A stretch of DNA of 64,000 nucleotides from Eledone cirrhosa (lineage: Eukaryota): the NCBI GenBank assembly GCA_964016885.1, contig OZ024740.1, positions 58,652,001 through 58,716,000 on the forward strand. Reading direction: 5' to 3'. The notes under the pieces were generated by a model, which ran no database searches, was not told the origin of the DNA, and was given only the letters and a program-made list of their open reading frames with translations. Positions 25,605 through 39,228 of this stretch are shown piece after piece. Numbering within the stretch: the first letter of the stretch is position 1; each line of letters begins with the position of its first letter. The translations under genes were made by a program, and so were the position numbers.

Positions 25605-26520
25605 AGCTCCATGAAATGGGGTCCTTTTTGGAGCAAGGTTTTACAGCTGGATGCCGGTCCTGATACCAACTCTTTTAGTCACCTCTTACGACATACTGGG
25701 ATATGATGCACACATAGTTGTTGTCTAGCAAATAGACTGTTTAATAAGCTGCATGGTATTGTTTAGAATAAGTACACAATATCCCTGCATGTTGTAAAAG
25801 GCAGCTAAATGGTTGTCACTAGAAAGGCCATTTGACTGTAAAACTTCAAAAAAGAATCCATGATGATGATGATGATGATCATCATCGTTTAACCTTTAAT
25901 CTTCCACGCTAGCATGGGTTTTCTGTAGGACATACAAGGATAAACCCTGATTTAGCAGAGAAAACAGTCTCAAAATGCTTATATAGTGCTTTTGTTTAGG
26001 GAGCAATAAAGAAGGTGAATATAAGATATATATGAAGGTATAACCTAAAGATTAGCATCAGTAATCCATAAAGAAATCATTGAAGTTCCCTTAACCCTTT
26101 AGCATTTACATTACTCTATATATACTATTGTATTTTCATGGTAAAGGCTTTACCTCACATAATATCAAATCTATAAAATTGTGATATTTAATTTGAGAAC
26201 AATACCTTAATGTTGATATGAGGGGCCAGTTACAACTGGTTTGAACAGAAAGAGGTGAGAGAATTCTGGCCAGATATGACCGGTTTAAATGTTAAACTAT
26301 GTAACAAAGTGCATATAATAGTAATTCAAATTCAGATGGATATTATGATCATCATTTTTACATCCACTTAGCTAATGTTGCGTTGGGTTGTGTTGGGCAG
26401 GATCCTTTGGGACAATATTTTATAGCCAGATGCTCCTCCTGATGCCAATTCTTTTAGTCACCTCTTATGACATGCAGGAATACAGTTTACTTATTCTAAA
26501 AACCAGGATATACATGGTAA
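25605..26520. mobile_element. Three copies of a short bipartite RTE-dependent element (25605-25704 -, ~25750-25879 +, 26345-~26515 -)
   Basis: atccctgcatgtcgtaagagg(t/c)gactaaaaga joined to ttggt.tcagga..gcatccagctgtaaaa and, in two copies, a (TGA)n tail. Confidence 0.65.
26091..26296 (+). mobile_element. MITE family M1
   Basis: ttaaccctttagcatttac left TIR; internal body shared with the other M1 copies; right TIR clipped. Confidence 0.8.
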
Positions 26521-27525
26521 ATTGAATATTTCACTTTAATGGTATTGGGTAATTGGCCTTACCTGTATTTACTTCAATAGTTGTTCCTAGTTAATTGAAA
26601 TTAATTAAAGTGTACATTATCAGAATATTTTACATATAAAGTAACACTGTATTAATTTTGTGGTAACGTCTACTTTATTTGTTGTTCTGTAAAATTGTAA
26701 TCATTTTTAATTTATGTATAACTAATTGTTTCTTAATTATCATGACAGCTGCAATGTTTGCTGTGGGGAAAATAGGAACATAATACTCAAACAGTCGTAT
26801 GTTTTTAAAAGCATTAAAAGTATATGTAGTGTGAAATGATTATCATCAAAAATCAATATTGAGTTGGTAACTACTTACCAGATACTTAGCTGACATTTGC
26901 ATACCCTCACACCCAGTGGCATATAGAGGTTTCATAATGCTTGGGGCTAACTCCTTAATTGTATTCCCCTAAAATTCAAATATAGTACCTTTTTGATCTG
27001 GGCAGAAAACCGAATACAGATTATGGGTGGCTTCTTGAGAAATCTAAGTGGACGCTACACTTAGAAGTCATATTGAATGGAGAACTCTGCATGACACTTT
27101 GGTTGGATGCCCATGGCCGTCAGACCCTCTGTCTCCCCATCTCTGCATGCTATTGCTGATACCTCATTGTTTATATTGTAATATAAGAAATAAGGTCTAA
27201 ATTGGATGATGATGATGATGATATATATTGTTTATAAAGAGCAAAAAAAAAAAAAATACTCAATACAAGATTTTCATTTATCTAGTGCCTTCTACTGTTA
27301 CTTTACATTTTACTAGCATTCAGTCAATTAGATAGACATATCAGTTCATGTAACAGGTATGTGTGTGTGCACCAAGTGTGAAACTGATTGGTAAGCAAAA
27401 CATGCATTGAAAGTATAGGAAGTCCGAATGCTGGATAGAAATAGTGTGAACTGGTTTTGCTTGATGTGTAATGTAAGTGTGCATGAGGAATAGAACACAG
27501 TTTAGCTCTGGAAACAATAGGTATA

Positions 27526-27810
27526 AACCAGATCAACTATTGAGTCAACTGTAGTGTTTAAGAGAGATTAAACTGGTACAGGAACCAGATCAACTATTGA
27601 GTCAACTGTAGTGTTTAAGAGAGATTACACTGGTACAGGAACTAGATCAACTATTGAGTCAACTGTAGTGTTTAAGAGAGATTACACTGGTACAGGAACT
27701 AGATCAACTATTGAGTCAACTGTAGTATTTAAGAGAGATTACACTGGTACAGGAACTAGATCAACTATTGAGTCAACTGTAGTGTTTAAGAGAGATTACA
27801 CTGGTACAGG
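27526..27810. repeat. 57-bp minisatellite, 5 exact-length units
   Basis: Unit aac(c/t)agatcaactattgagtcaactgtagtgtttaagagagattacactggtacagg. Confidence 0.97.
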
Positions 27811-30800
27811 TATATAATCAATAGGAAGGATGGCAGGTGAAAAAGTCTAGTGATCCAAAAATAATGATTCTGCCAAAGGAGATATGGGAAGAAGTGTTAA
27901 AAGCTCAACTCAGAATCAGAAAATGAAAAAAAAAACAACAACCGGTTGTGAGATAGTGCACTGAAGAAGGCCCATCCAACCCATAAATATATTTAAAAAC
28001 CCCCACAAAATAATGATGATAGACATTCATAGATAAACAGATGGGTAGAGAGAGAGATATTATACGTACATGTCTATGTTTGGTCATGTATTTTTGTTTA
28101 CATATGAGTAACGTCTTTATTCATATTTGAAATATAAAGTTAAATATTTAAGTATCTGGTGAAATATAAACTTAATTCTAAAACTTTGGATTGATATTTC
28201 TCTTTCATATGATCATATGTGATTAACTTGTTCTTATTTTGAATACTAACCTTTATAAGGACTTTTAACTTGAGCACAGTTAGTTAACTAAATTGATCCT
28301 AGTACTTGATTGATGCTAATATATTGATACTAGTATACCTAATATATTTTACCCCCTCAAGAAAAAAAGGAAAATTTATTCCAGGTTAAATTTGAACTAA
28401 AAACATTTTATTTGACACTATTGATTCTGCCAATCCACTGCCTTCTATAATGAAAACCAATCGAAGATAGAAATTAATTAACAATTCAGTTAACCAGTAG
28501 AATAGTAGCATATATACATACATATATGTATGTATGTGTGTGTATACATACATATATGTATGTATATATATATATATATATATATGTGTATGTATATAAT
28601 TTTTTTTTTCTTAAAGAGGATATTTGAGAAGTATCTTTTCTCATTAGATTATAAAACCAAAGTAAAAATTAAAAACAACAACTTGTATTCCCAGAAAAGA
28701 TTCCAGAAATTCTTCACTAAGTATTTTATTAGATGATATTTTTGTAAGAACCATGTTCTGCTTTCATTTATTTTCAAATGTTCATTACTGCCTTTATTGG
28801 AATGAGAGAAAACCTGTACGTAGTTACTGAATTAAAAAAATAAAAGAGCAATGAAACAAGTCTATTGACAAATACAACTTGTGTAAATAGTAATTTTGCC
28901 CACCAGTTTATATCTATTTTTAACAAAATTAGTGAAGCCAATAACATAGAATTTTTAGGGAATTGATAGGTTGGGTAATAGATATATTGAAGTAAAGTAT
29001 TCATGGAAGTGATACTTGTTTTTTCCTAAACTCTTAACATCATGTAATGATTTAGCAGAAAATAACTTTTCAAGTATATCTTGCTAATGTGGTTTCAAGA
29101 TTTAGTGATATTATCTTTGGGCAAAAATACATTGTATTTTTGCTATAAATATAATTATAGATTTTGCCACATAAAGAAGGTTTCTTTTTAATAAGAATGT
29201 TTATTTTTCTTTATAACCTCTTTAGTTAGATCCTATGCATCATTAACACAACACCTTTCACAAAAACCTACTAGTCACATCCTGTGGATCAGTTAATTTG
29301 TCATTATTTTTACCATTTCATCTTATTCTTTATATTGGTTTCTGTTATTGAATGAAGGTTATGATGGAGTATCATATTTAAGGATTTAGTTGATCAAAAT
29401 AATCTCAGTACTTATTTCAGCCTAGTACACACCACAGTCTTGGAACTAATCAAACTTGGGCTATATTACCACAATTTCCATCTTGGTCTGGTATTGGTCA
29501 ATCCAAGGTTATAGTAGAAGACAACATTACATGCATTGAGATCAAACCTAGAACCATGCAGTTGAAAACAAAACTTCTTAATCTATACAGTCATGTTGCA
29601 ACTTATATTCTTTTTGTTCTGAGCAAATCCAAGATCAAAAACATTCCAGTTGTAATCATTCTATTTAAGATATAATCTGATGTATCCTTCATTGTTAGTC
29701 CTTATTGTCCTGTTTTGCATGAAACCACATTATTAACGAAGCATTCTTAAAAAGTTCAAAACACCATTATGTCTGTATCATAAAATGTTTACTTTAATCC
29801 ATTGCAAATCTTCACAATGATCTGTCCACTAATACAGATACTATAAACATTTGAATCAGCAAACCTGCTTTTATATATATTTTACTAAATCATTACTGAA
29901 CTATTAAATTTAAATCAGTGGTGTTGCTTGAAGGATATCTAGCTGCTATTTCTAGCAGGTTCAACCAAATAAACTCTCTTGGTTCATTTTATCTCAGGTT
30001 TCATTCATAAGTGACCAAATCAAAACACTGTTTTATTTTTTAAAATATCATTGTTTTGAATCTTTTTGCTTATGCTTTATGTTTTCATAGTCATATAAAA
30101 TAGATGTCTTCAAAACAAAAAACAGGATAAACATTTTTTTTTATATAGATGGATGCATTTTCTAACATTAACCACTCAATTGTGAAATAACATAAAAAAA
30201 TATTCATTAGTTTGAGTATTGAAGAGTGACTATTCTAGACTGAGAGGCTAGATTAACTAAGTGAAACTAGTGTGACTGCCTTACCTAATTCTTTTATTTA
30301 TTTACTGGTTTCAGTCATTGGATTTTGGCCATGTTGGAAAACAGCCAGAAAAAGTGTAGTCAATTATATTGACTTCAGAAGGTCAAGAGACAAAGTGGGC
30401 TAGAAGAGGGATTTGAACTCAGAATGTAAAATGATGAACCAAATAACACAATATATTTTATTCAACACTCTACTGATTCTGTCATTCACCTGCCAGTGGC
30501 AACCATTTTGGTATGATTTAAACTTAATGCACATGACTTAAATCATCAATTTGATCCAACCCATGCCAGCATTGTAAGTTGATGCTGCTGCTGCTGATGA
30601 TGATGATGATGATAATATATAGTGTTGGGTATTTGCCTGGGGCACTGAACCCCTATTCTTTCAACTTTCCGGTTGAAATTTTTGTAGTGTTGAAAATCAA
30701 TGAGAAATTTAGTTTCATGTCTAAAATTCTTACTGTAATTTCTCAAACTATAGCTGTAGCTCAGTCTCATATAGCTCTGGTATTTCCTCTGACTATTCGA

Positions 30801-31049
30801 GTTTCAAATATTTAATTCATCAGCTAAGTTCCATTGCTTCCTTTAAAAAATATTTTCACATAGATATTTGACAGCTCCTTGGTGCTAATACAAATTTAAA
30901 ATTCTGATAATCTAAATTCTGCTTTGATTGTTTGGCTTTCAGTATTTATGCTCCAATTCAAAGAATTTAGTATTTAAATTTTAATGAAATAATGTGCTAA
31001 AAGTTCACACATATCATTTTCATTAGCAAAAGTAAATCAAAGTTTTCTG

Positions 31050-31172
31050 TAGGTGTATACATAGCTGTCTTGTTAAGGTTTGCTTCACTATCGTATGATT
31101 TTGGATCTTATCCCACTGTATGGAACCATGGGCAAAAGTTCTCATACTATAGCCTCACACTGAGCAATGCCT
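31050..31172 (+). mobile_element. Decayed CORE-type tRNA-derived SINE 5' half (family S2)
   Basis: tRNA-like head then ccatgggcaaaagttctcatactatagcctc. Related pieces at ~29470-29605 (-), 36890-36975 (+), 49730-50070 (-). Confidence 0.55.
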
Positions 31173-31826
31173 TTTCCATGTTTTCATGGGCTGGACAGGT
31201 CTTTTCCAGCATAGCCTTTCTCCACTTATAATGTCCCTTTGTCATCTCCTCTGTGAGGTTCAGCATTTTGGGATCTGTTCTCATCTCTTTTGCCAAGATC
31301 TTCCTCTACTACATCTTTCCACTCACATCTCATATAGTCTTCTTTCTTGCACACCACATTTCATTCCTTTTTACTCAGGTTTCTCTCAGTTCAGCCATAC
31401 TCTGGTGTTCATGCATACACATTACACATCTAACAAAGTATACTCACTTCATTTCTCTGCAAACTACTTATATCCTTGTATATAACACTCATGTATTACT
31501 GCTATGCAGTAAAGTACTTCTCACACAGGTATTTATCCTTTGCTTATAGAAAAAATTCCTTTTTCTTCCCTGTTCTTATTCAAACTTTCAGACCTACCTC
31601 TTCCTTTGCTAATTAAATCCCCTAAGTAACAGAAACTAACAACTACGGTACCTTTCTGAGATTGAAAAATGTTTCTTTCACTGCTACTCTCACTACATAT
31701 TATTCCTGTGCAAAATCTATCTTTTCTGTGAATCTGCCTACAAATCTACTACAATTCTTGTATACCCATAAAGTACCAGTCCAACACTGGGTTAATTCTT
31801 ATTCTCTCTCTCTGGAAGAAATCAAC

Positions 31827-32045
31827 AGCATTTAAACCGGCCATATCCGTCCAGAAGTCTCTCACCTCTTTCTGTCCAAACCAGTATTAACTGGCCACCC
31901 ATACTTATGTTAAGGTATTGTTCTCAAAATAAATAACATCAAAATCTCATAGCTTTGATATTATGTGAGATAATTATGTAAGATAAAGCCTTTACCATAA
32001 AATTACAAAAGTATATATAGAGTAATGTAAATGCTAAAGGGTTAA
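31827..32045 (-). mobile_element. MITE family M1
   Basis: Reverse complement of the M1 body; ends gtaaatgctaaagggttaa. Confidence 0.8.
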
Positions 32046-32380
32046 ACCTGGAAAGAGATAGGATATGTCAAGTTTAAATACCCAGGATATGCTGTTTATC
32101 CATATCCCACACCTTAACAGTTTTAGAAGTGAAGATCAGTGAAAATAGTACCATACTTCAAAAGAAGTAAGAGATGGCATCAGAAAAGGCATCTGGTTCT
32201 AGAATACTACCCCATACAATCTTATCTAACTCATGCCAGCATAAAAATGCTGCTGATAATGATGATGATTATAAGTATTTCAAAATTTATATATACATAC
32301 AAATAAATGTTCCCGAAGCCAGCATACATGCAAGACTTTTTAGTAAGTGACTTTCTATTATTTTAGTAATTAGCATGACA

Positions 32381-32488
32381 TCCCGCCGAGGTTAACTTTG
32401 CCTTTCATCCATACAGAGTCGATAAAATAAAATACCAGTAATGTACTGGATAATTGCTGGCCTTGTGCCAAAAGTAGAAACAATTATA
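32381..32488 (+). mobile_element. 5'-truncated S1 SINE
   Basis: tcccgccgaggttaactttgcctttcatcc...ggccttgtgccaaaagtagaaacaatt. Confidence 0.85.
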
Positions 32489-33646
32489 AGTATCAGCAAA
32501 CCCATTCAACTGTTAGATTAGATGGCTTTATACATGTTCCGGTTCTCTGCACTGACATAAAATCCAACCAAGGTTGGTAAATAAAATACCAAGGCAGGTG
32601 CATTTGATTGACAGAATTGTTAAAGAACTGTCTGGGATGCTTTGGAGTATATAATCCAGCTATGTGTGGTCTGAGTCCAAATTTCACCTCTTTCTGTCAG
32701 GAATTGTGACCAGCAGTTTCTTTGGTTTGATTTGACAATCAGCTCCTTTCCTTTGTTTTATTATAAGTATATATATAAGTCTTGCAAGTTTAATAAAACA
32801 AATTATTAAAGCAACACAATTTATATTTTTAGAGTAAGATTCCATAGAGATTTTCATTGAACAACAACTCTATAAGATACATGTAAAAGAAATTCTAATG
32901 TCAGCCACACTGCTTTTGCTGCTTTTAGATTATACATTGCTATCTCCATCTATTTATTTACTGTGTTTAGAATTCAAAGGATTTGCTCCAAGCTTACATA
33001 TTTGAAGATCTATTGCTTTGCATTTTGACATTGATATCAAAATATACTGTATGACTACACTGCAAACTTTAAAAGTTACAAAATGAATATAGTTTGCTAT
33101 CATTTCTAACATTTTAGAAGTAAATTTTTCCTACAATTTAATCTATTTTTGCTATAAAAAATATAGTTAATTCTATAAATATTATATTTTGTGATTATGT
33201 TCTAAAATTTATAAAATTTAAGAAATAGAAATCAAACAACTGCAAGTATTTAAAGAAATGTTTACTTAAAAAACATTACTCATTAGTAGTAATATACAAA
33301 TAACAATTTTGACAGAGAAGCAAACAATCCTGATCATTTGAAATATGTTAAACATATTTAAAAAGTAAGATACTCAAGTTTAATTTTATTTGTTTTATTA
33401 TAACTTGATTTATAATTTGTTTTTATAGTTTAAGACACTCAATCTCAGTTATATGTTAAGTATAGATCCATGAACTAAAAAGGATTAGCACAGCATTAAC
33501 TAGTTAAAGCAGGAAGAATAGTATTCATGATCTTTTCAGGATCTTTATAACTAATGGGAAGAAGAAAGGAAGTTATCCAATATGAATGCTTGCAACAGAA
33601 TGGACTCTGATAAAGGTACCCAATAGCTATTAAGCTGGATGGCAGG

Positions 33647-33875
33647 TTAACCCTTTAGCATTTACATTATTCTATATTTACTATTATATTTTCACAGTAA
33701 AGGCTTTACCTCACATGGTTATCTCACATAATACTGACTCTATGAGATTTTGATATTATTTATTTTGAGAACAATACCTTAACATCAGTATGTGTGCCCG
33801 GTTACAGCCGGTTTGGGCAGAAAGAGGGAAGAGAATTCTGGCCGGATACATACAGTTTAAAAGCTAAAGAGTTAA
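33647..33875 (+). mobile_element. Complete MITE family M1 (piggyBac-like: TTAA sites, CCC/GGG-type termini)
   Basis: ttaa-ccctttagcattta ... tttaaaagctaaagag-ttaa; six copies in the window. Confidence 0.85.
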
Positions 33876-35309
33876 ATCTACCACTCAGATATAAAATTAG
33901 TAAACTAGTAAAGACATGTTATGGTTTAAAAATAAAAGTGAGAATTTTATGAGCAGTTAAGTGTAAAATGGATGTAAAAGAGTTATATCGGAGTAAAAAT
34001 GACTGTTTTCAGCATTTAAGGGATATATTATATTCTGGTATTGTGAAGAAATAAGTGATGTAACTTCATGAAACAAAATCAATAAATTCTTTTGTTAATC
34101 TGCAGCTTCCTTTACACTAACATAGTTAATATATACAATTCAAGTGAGCAAAATAGAATTGATTGCTTCTGTCAGATGTAAAAAAATTAGCAACACTACT
34201 ATCAAATCTATAAATATTATTCTTCCCAAAGAAACTCTTAGGCATGCATATTCACTGAAGATGTGGGCAATAAAAATATATTTCTAAACACAGATTCTGT
34301 AAATGCTATTATCTTTAAAAAGGCATTTTTCTTTTTTCTTTACAAAATAAGAATAACTTTCCTATGAGTTAGTAATCCTCATACTTGTGTTATATTTAAT
34401 TGGTTTAGGAGTTCCAAAGGGAAAAATAAGTCAATAGATTAACCATTTAAATACAAAACCATCCTTGTTTCTATACTACAAAACTGTTTCCTGTAAAGTG
34501 TATATATATTTATCTAAAATCATTTTATCGTGATTTTATGTAAGAACCTTTGTTACATTATGTTCCAAACGCCAACTTAGTAATATTACTAAATAACTTA
34601 AAATCTTGATTATTTTCAAGATTATTTAAAGATCATAGACAGTGTCTTTTATTAGAAATAGAGTAAGAAAAAGGTTAATTGGTTTATGTTCCAAAGGAAA
34701 AAATAAGACAATAGAGTAAATCAATAACATTTAGAATGATCAGGTGCAACAAATCATGGATGCTATGTTCAATCAGGAAACAATAATAATGACAAAAAAT
34801 AGAAGGCTGCTTCCAAAATGACAGCCAACTACTTTATATAATAGGTATCAAACACAAAATCAGGGACCAGAACTGACTGAAAAAGGTCAGTAATTTCAAA
34901 TCTCTGTAATGAGAGACAATCATTGTCCATTCCTGCTAACTATAGCTTTTTCAATTATTTGCCTAGCAACTGAACTGTTTCTGATAGCAACTTTGGCCTT
35001 CATATCACCTCAGGATAGTGTCATTGTCAAGCAATCAGCAAACCTATCTTAATTGATATAGTACATGTGAGAAAGTTAATTACTGTAAGACCTAAAAGCC
35101 ATTTCAGTGTCTAAAGATAAATTTAAAATGCTTCAACTAATTTAGACATCTCAAATGTTAAGTAATCTGCTATATAAGAGTTCATCAGTTTCATTTGGTT
35201 CTCGGAATATTTTGCTTGACTGTTACTTAATCTCATACATAAGTTATTTATAAATAGCTTTTGCAGCTCATGAATCATCATCATCATTATCATCACCTCC
35301 ACCATTATT

Positions 35310-37108
35310 ATTACTGACAGTTGGATGAAATGCCATTGGAAAATTTGGCTCTTTACATTCTGAGTTCAAATCCTGCTGAGGTCAATTTTGCCTGCCTATT
35401 TATAAAATAAAGTACCAGTCAAGTACAGGGGTTAATTTGGCTGTGTCATTAGTGTGTCAAGTGAAATGATTTCTAGCATTTCATTACAGCCCTCTACATT
35501 CTGGTTTCAAATCACACCCAGGTCAACTTTGCCTTTCATCTTTCTAGGGTCAATAAAATACAGTACCAGTTAAAAAAATACTGAGGTCAATGCAATTGTC
35601 TTTCCTCTTCCCCCAAATTGCTGTCCTTGTGCTTAAGTTATAAACCATTATTATAATTATTTTTAGTTTAAATTCTGCTGAGGTTATTTGTCTTTTATCC
35701 TTATGTTGTCGATAAAATAAAGCACCAATTATGCACTGTGACCAATTTAATCAACTGTCCCCCTCACCTTCAAATTGCTGGCCTTTATGCCATGGTAGAA
35801 ACAGTAGTATGCCAGACAAATTGTCATATTAAATTTTTCTTAACATTCTATGTTCTCAGTTCAAATCTCTCTGGAGGCTAACTTTTCAAGTATTCTTCAT
35901 AACTGGTGTCAATTATTCTCTGTTAATATGTTGCCTTTTGCCAGTTTATGGAATCATTATGAGAATTATTATTGAAAGAGGGGAGCAATAAGAAAACATT
36001 GAACTAAAGTCTTAGCTGTATCTAATTACATCTATATACAACCTAAATTTAAATGCACTAATGCAAATTCCATCAACTATGCTTTTCTTCTACAATTTAT
36101 GTTGTTGTGTCAATGTAAGGAATTATTATTATTATAGCCACAACCCTGCAATTTGTAGGGAAGGACAAAGTTGATTATATTGACCTCAGCAGGATTTGAA
36201 TTCAGAATGTAAAGGACAGGAACAAATACACAATGCATTTTGTCCAACTAACGATTCTGCTCATCCACTGCCATTGTAATAATAATAATAATAATAATCG
36301 TTTCTACATTTGGCAGAAGGCCAGCAATTTGAAGGGAAGAAGAAAGTCGATGAAATTGACCTCAGTACTTATTTTATTGACCTTGTAAATTCAAACTTTA
36401 TTTACATGGTTGCTAAAATAAAGTAGCAGTAATACACTGAGATCGATTTAATCAACTTTCCCCTCCACCCAAAATATTGTTGTCCTTGTGCTTAAATAAG
36501 AAACCATTATTATGATGAGGGTGGTGGAATGTCAGTATCAGTAGAGCATTGGACGACATGCTTTGCAGCATATAGTTAAGTCCCTTTACATTCTGTGTTC
36601 AAATCCTGCCGAGGTTAACTTTGGCTTTCATCCTTCAGGGTTGATAAAATAAAGTACCAGTGATGCACTGGGGTCGATTTAATCGACTTGTTGGTCTTAT
36701 GCCTAAATCAGAAACCATTATTATAAGTACAGTTCATTGGCAGTATTGGTAGAGCATCAGAAAAATACTTTGCAATATTTAGTGATAACTTTCTATGTTC
36801 ATCATTTTTGTGTCAGCTAGTTATTATTATTAATATTACAGTTGTCTTCTGTCTTGTTATTTCTTTACTGTATAACTATCTGCCCTCCTTCTTGGGCAAG
36901 TATCTTCTGCTAGAGCTTTGGGTTGAACAAGGTCTTGTTAGTGAAATTTAGTAGATGCAAACAGTGCAGAAGCCTGATCATTATATATATATACGGACTG
37001 AGTTCAAATCCCGCCGAGGTTAACTTTGCCTTTCATCCTTACGGGGTCAATAAAATAAAGTACCACTGGGATAATTGGTGGCCTTGTGCCAAAAGTAGAA
37101 ACAATTAT
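35310..37108. mobile_element. Cluster of ~10 S1 SINE copies and fragments in both orientations
   Basis: Repeated ttcaaatcc.gc.gaggt.aactttgcctttcatc...ataaaataaagtaccag. Best copies 36518-36725 (+), 36990-37108 (+), 35455-35655 (+), 36125-36275 (-). Confidence 0.85.
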
Positions 37109-37119
37109 ATATATATATA

Positions 37120-38138
37120 CTAGCTGAATTACCTAGTGTTGCCCGGGTTACTGCTGTTCTTATTTAGATTAGTAAACAATAAATATGAAGATATGTTTTT
37201 TTTTCTCAGAATTATTTCAAAATATCTATATTCTATTTTTAAAATATCAAAATTGTAATGATAATAGAATTTAGAAAGGAAAATCTGTCAATCTTGAAGC
37301 ACCTTAGGGTAAACAATATTCATTGTGTAATTCATGTATGTGTATTTGATAACGTACCTAATGAACATGCAAACACACACGCACACACACACACACTCAC
37401 AGACACAGACACATACATATACATATACAAAATGTGACGTCCTATTGTTTTAATCCAAATGAAAATAAAAATTATCTCACATACACTCACACACATATAC
37501 ACTCTCACATACACTCACACAACCTAAGAGAGACACACACAGACATATATTCACGCATACCTGTCTGTCATAACATATGTATCTGTATGTGTAGATGTGT
37601 GTGTGTTTGTCTGTGTGCACACTCATATACAAAATGTGACGTTGTCATGGTGGTGGTTTACTATAGTAGACTAAAGAAAATATATTTATGTCAGTCAACG
37701 CACATACACTCTCACATACACTCACACTCACACATGCCCTCTAACATACATTCACATACATATACTTAGACAGAAATGTCACATCTACACTCACATACAT
37801 TATGTGTATGTATGTGTAGATGTGTAAGTGTTTAATTATCTGAGGCCCAACATACATAACGAACGCATACACACACACGCACTGACAGATACATACACAC
37901 TCATATATAAAATATGAATCGTCATGGTGGTGGTTTACTATAGTTGACTATAAAAATATTATTTTAGTTACAATTTTATATTGTTTTAATCCAAATGAAA
38001 ATAAAAATTACATGTTGACACCCTGGGGGTCTAATACTATTAACCTTGTAAAATTTAATTTGATTTGGTCCAGCCGTTAAAGAATGCATAGGAACAGACA
38101 AACAGATAGAGAGACAAAGAATTTTATATATAGAGAGA
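37120..38138 (-). mobile_element. Non-autonomous Helitron
   Basis: Minus strand A|TCTCTCTATATATAAAA...acccgggcaacactaggt-aattcag-CTAG|T: 5' TC, subterminal imperfect hairpin, 3' CTAG, A/T insertion site. Interior of duplicated blocks and (CA)n. Confidence 0.75.
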
Positions 38139-38331
38139 TATACACTATAGGAAAATTGTGTGTGTATGTTTTATGTATATATGTGTGTGTATTATATATG
38201 TATGTGTGTATGTTTGAGTGTAAGTGTGTATGTATGTAGGTTTCTATGTATATGTGTATATATGTATGTGTGTATATTTGTATGTATGTATCTATGGTTA
38301 TAAAACGATTTATAATTATGGTACAACTGTA

Positions 38332-38995
38332 AAAGGGCAAAGGAGCTCTTAAGAGTCAATGGCCATCCAAAATCACCGGGAGAGATGACCCCTTAGCCTT
38401 TGTCAAGGCAGAATTCTAGGAGAAGGAAAACTCTGATATAACACCTGCAACCCTGATGGTATCCAATGATGTTGACTTGTTCTTCTTTTTGGTAAATATC
38501 ATCTTGGTTAAGAGAGTGGGACTGGCTTTGTGCAGTGCCTTTGCTCACTATAAAAGCTTCACGGCACAGGCATTGCTTTATATCTGGAGATCTCTCTGCA
38601 CTTGTCGTCACATGGTACCATGGGCCCAGCACTATGTGTCAGTAATTGTCACAAGTGTAGTGTTTGTACCAGAGTATTCAAGTCGCTGGCTGGACTAAAA
38701 AGTCACACTTGTTCAGCGCATCGGTAGGGGTTCTCCTACATGGATATAAAGTAGTGGCCGTACTCGAAAACGAGTTAGCAGCCACCATGTATCTATGTAT
38801 GTACTTACGTTTGTATGCATGTGTGTGTCTGTCTGTGTGTATATATATATATACGTGTGTACGTAGGTATGTACTTGTATGTATGCACTCATGAATGTGA
38901 GGTGAATGTATGTATTTATATGTATGTAATGTACCTATGTGTATGAGTATGTATGTATATATGAACTCATGTATGTGCCCAGCCAACCAAACTTA
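38332..38995 (+). mobile_element. ~660-bp non-coding insert flanked by a 39-bp perfect direct repeat
   Basis: tatggttataaaacgatttataattatggtacaactgta at 38293-38331 and 38996-39034. RTE-5'-like tctaggagaaggaaaactctgat near the start; (TATG)n-like tract near the end. Confidence 0.6.
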
Positions 38996-39183
38996 TATGG
39001 TTATAAAACGATTTATAATTATGGTACAACTGTATATTGTGGTTAACTTATTATTAATATGTTTTTTATTCTTGTTTTATTTACAGCCTACCTTTGTCTT
39101 AGGTACATAGCTCATGAAAATCATAAACAACGATTTTGGTAGTTTCCGCCCACTTTCGTAGTCACTAAACAGGTCATGATATG

Positions 39184-39220
<37 letters not shown>

Positions 39221-39228
39221 GTATATAT

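Noticed and set aside
26914-27158. hAT-like MITE ends (also ~50810-50870, ~52768-52840)
   Set aside because: TIRs too degenerate and no TSD found; not supportable.
27611-27817. 68-aa repeat ORF
   Set aside because: Read-through of the 57-bp array.
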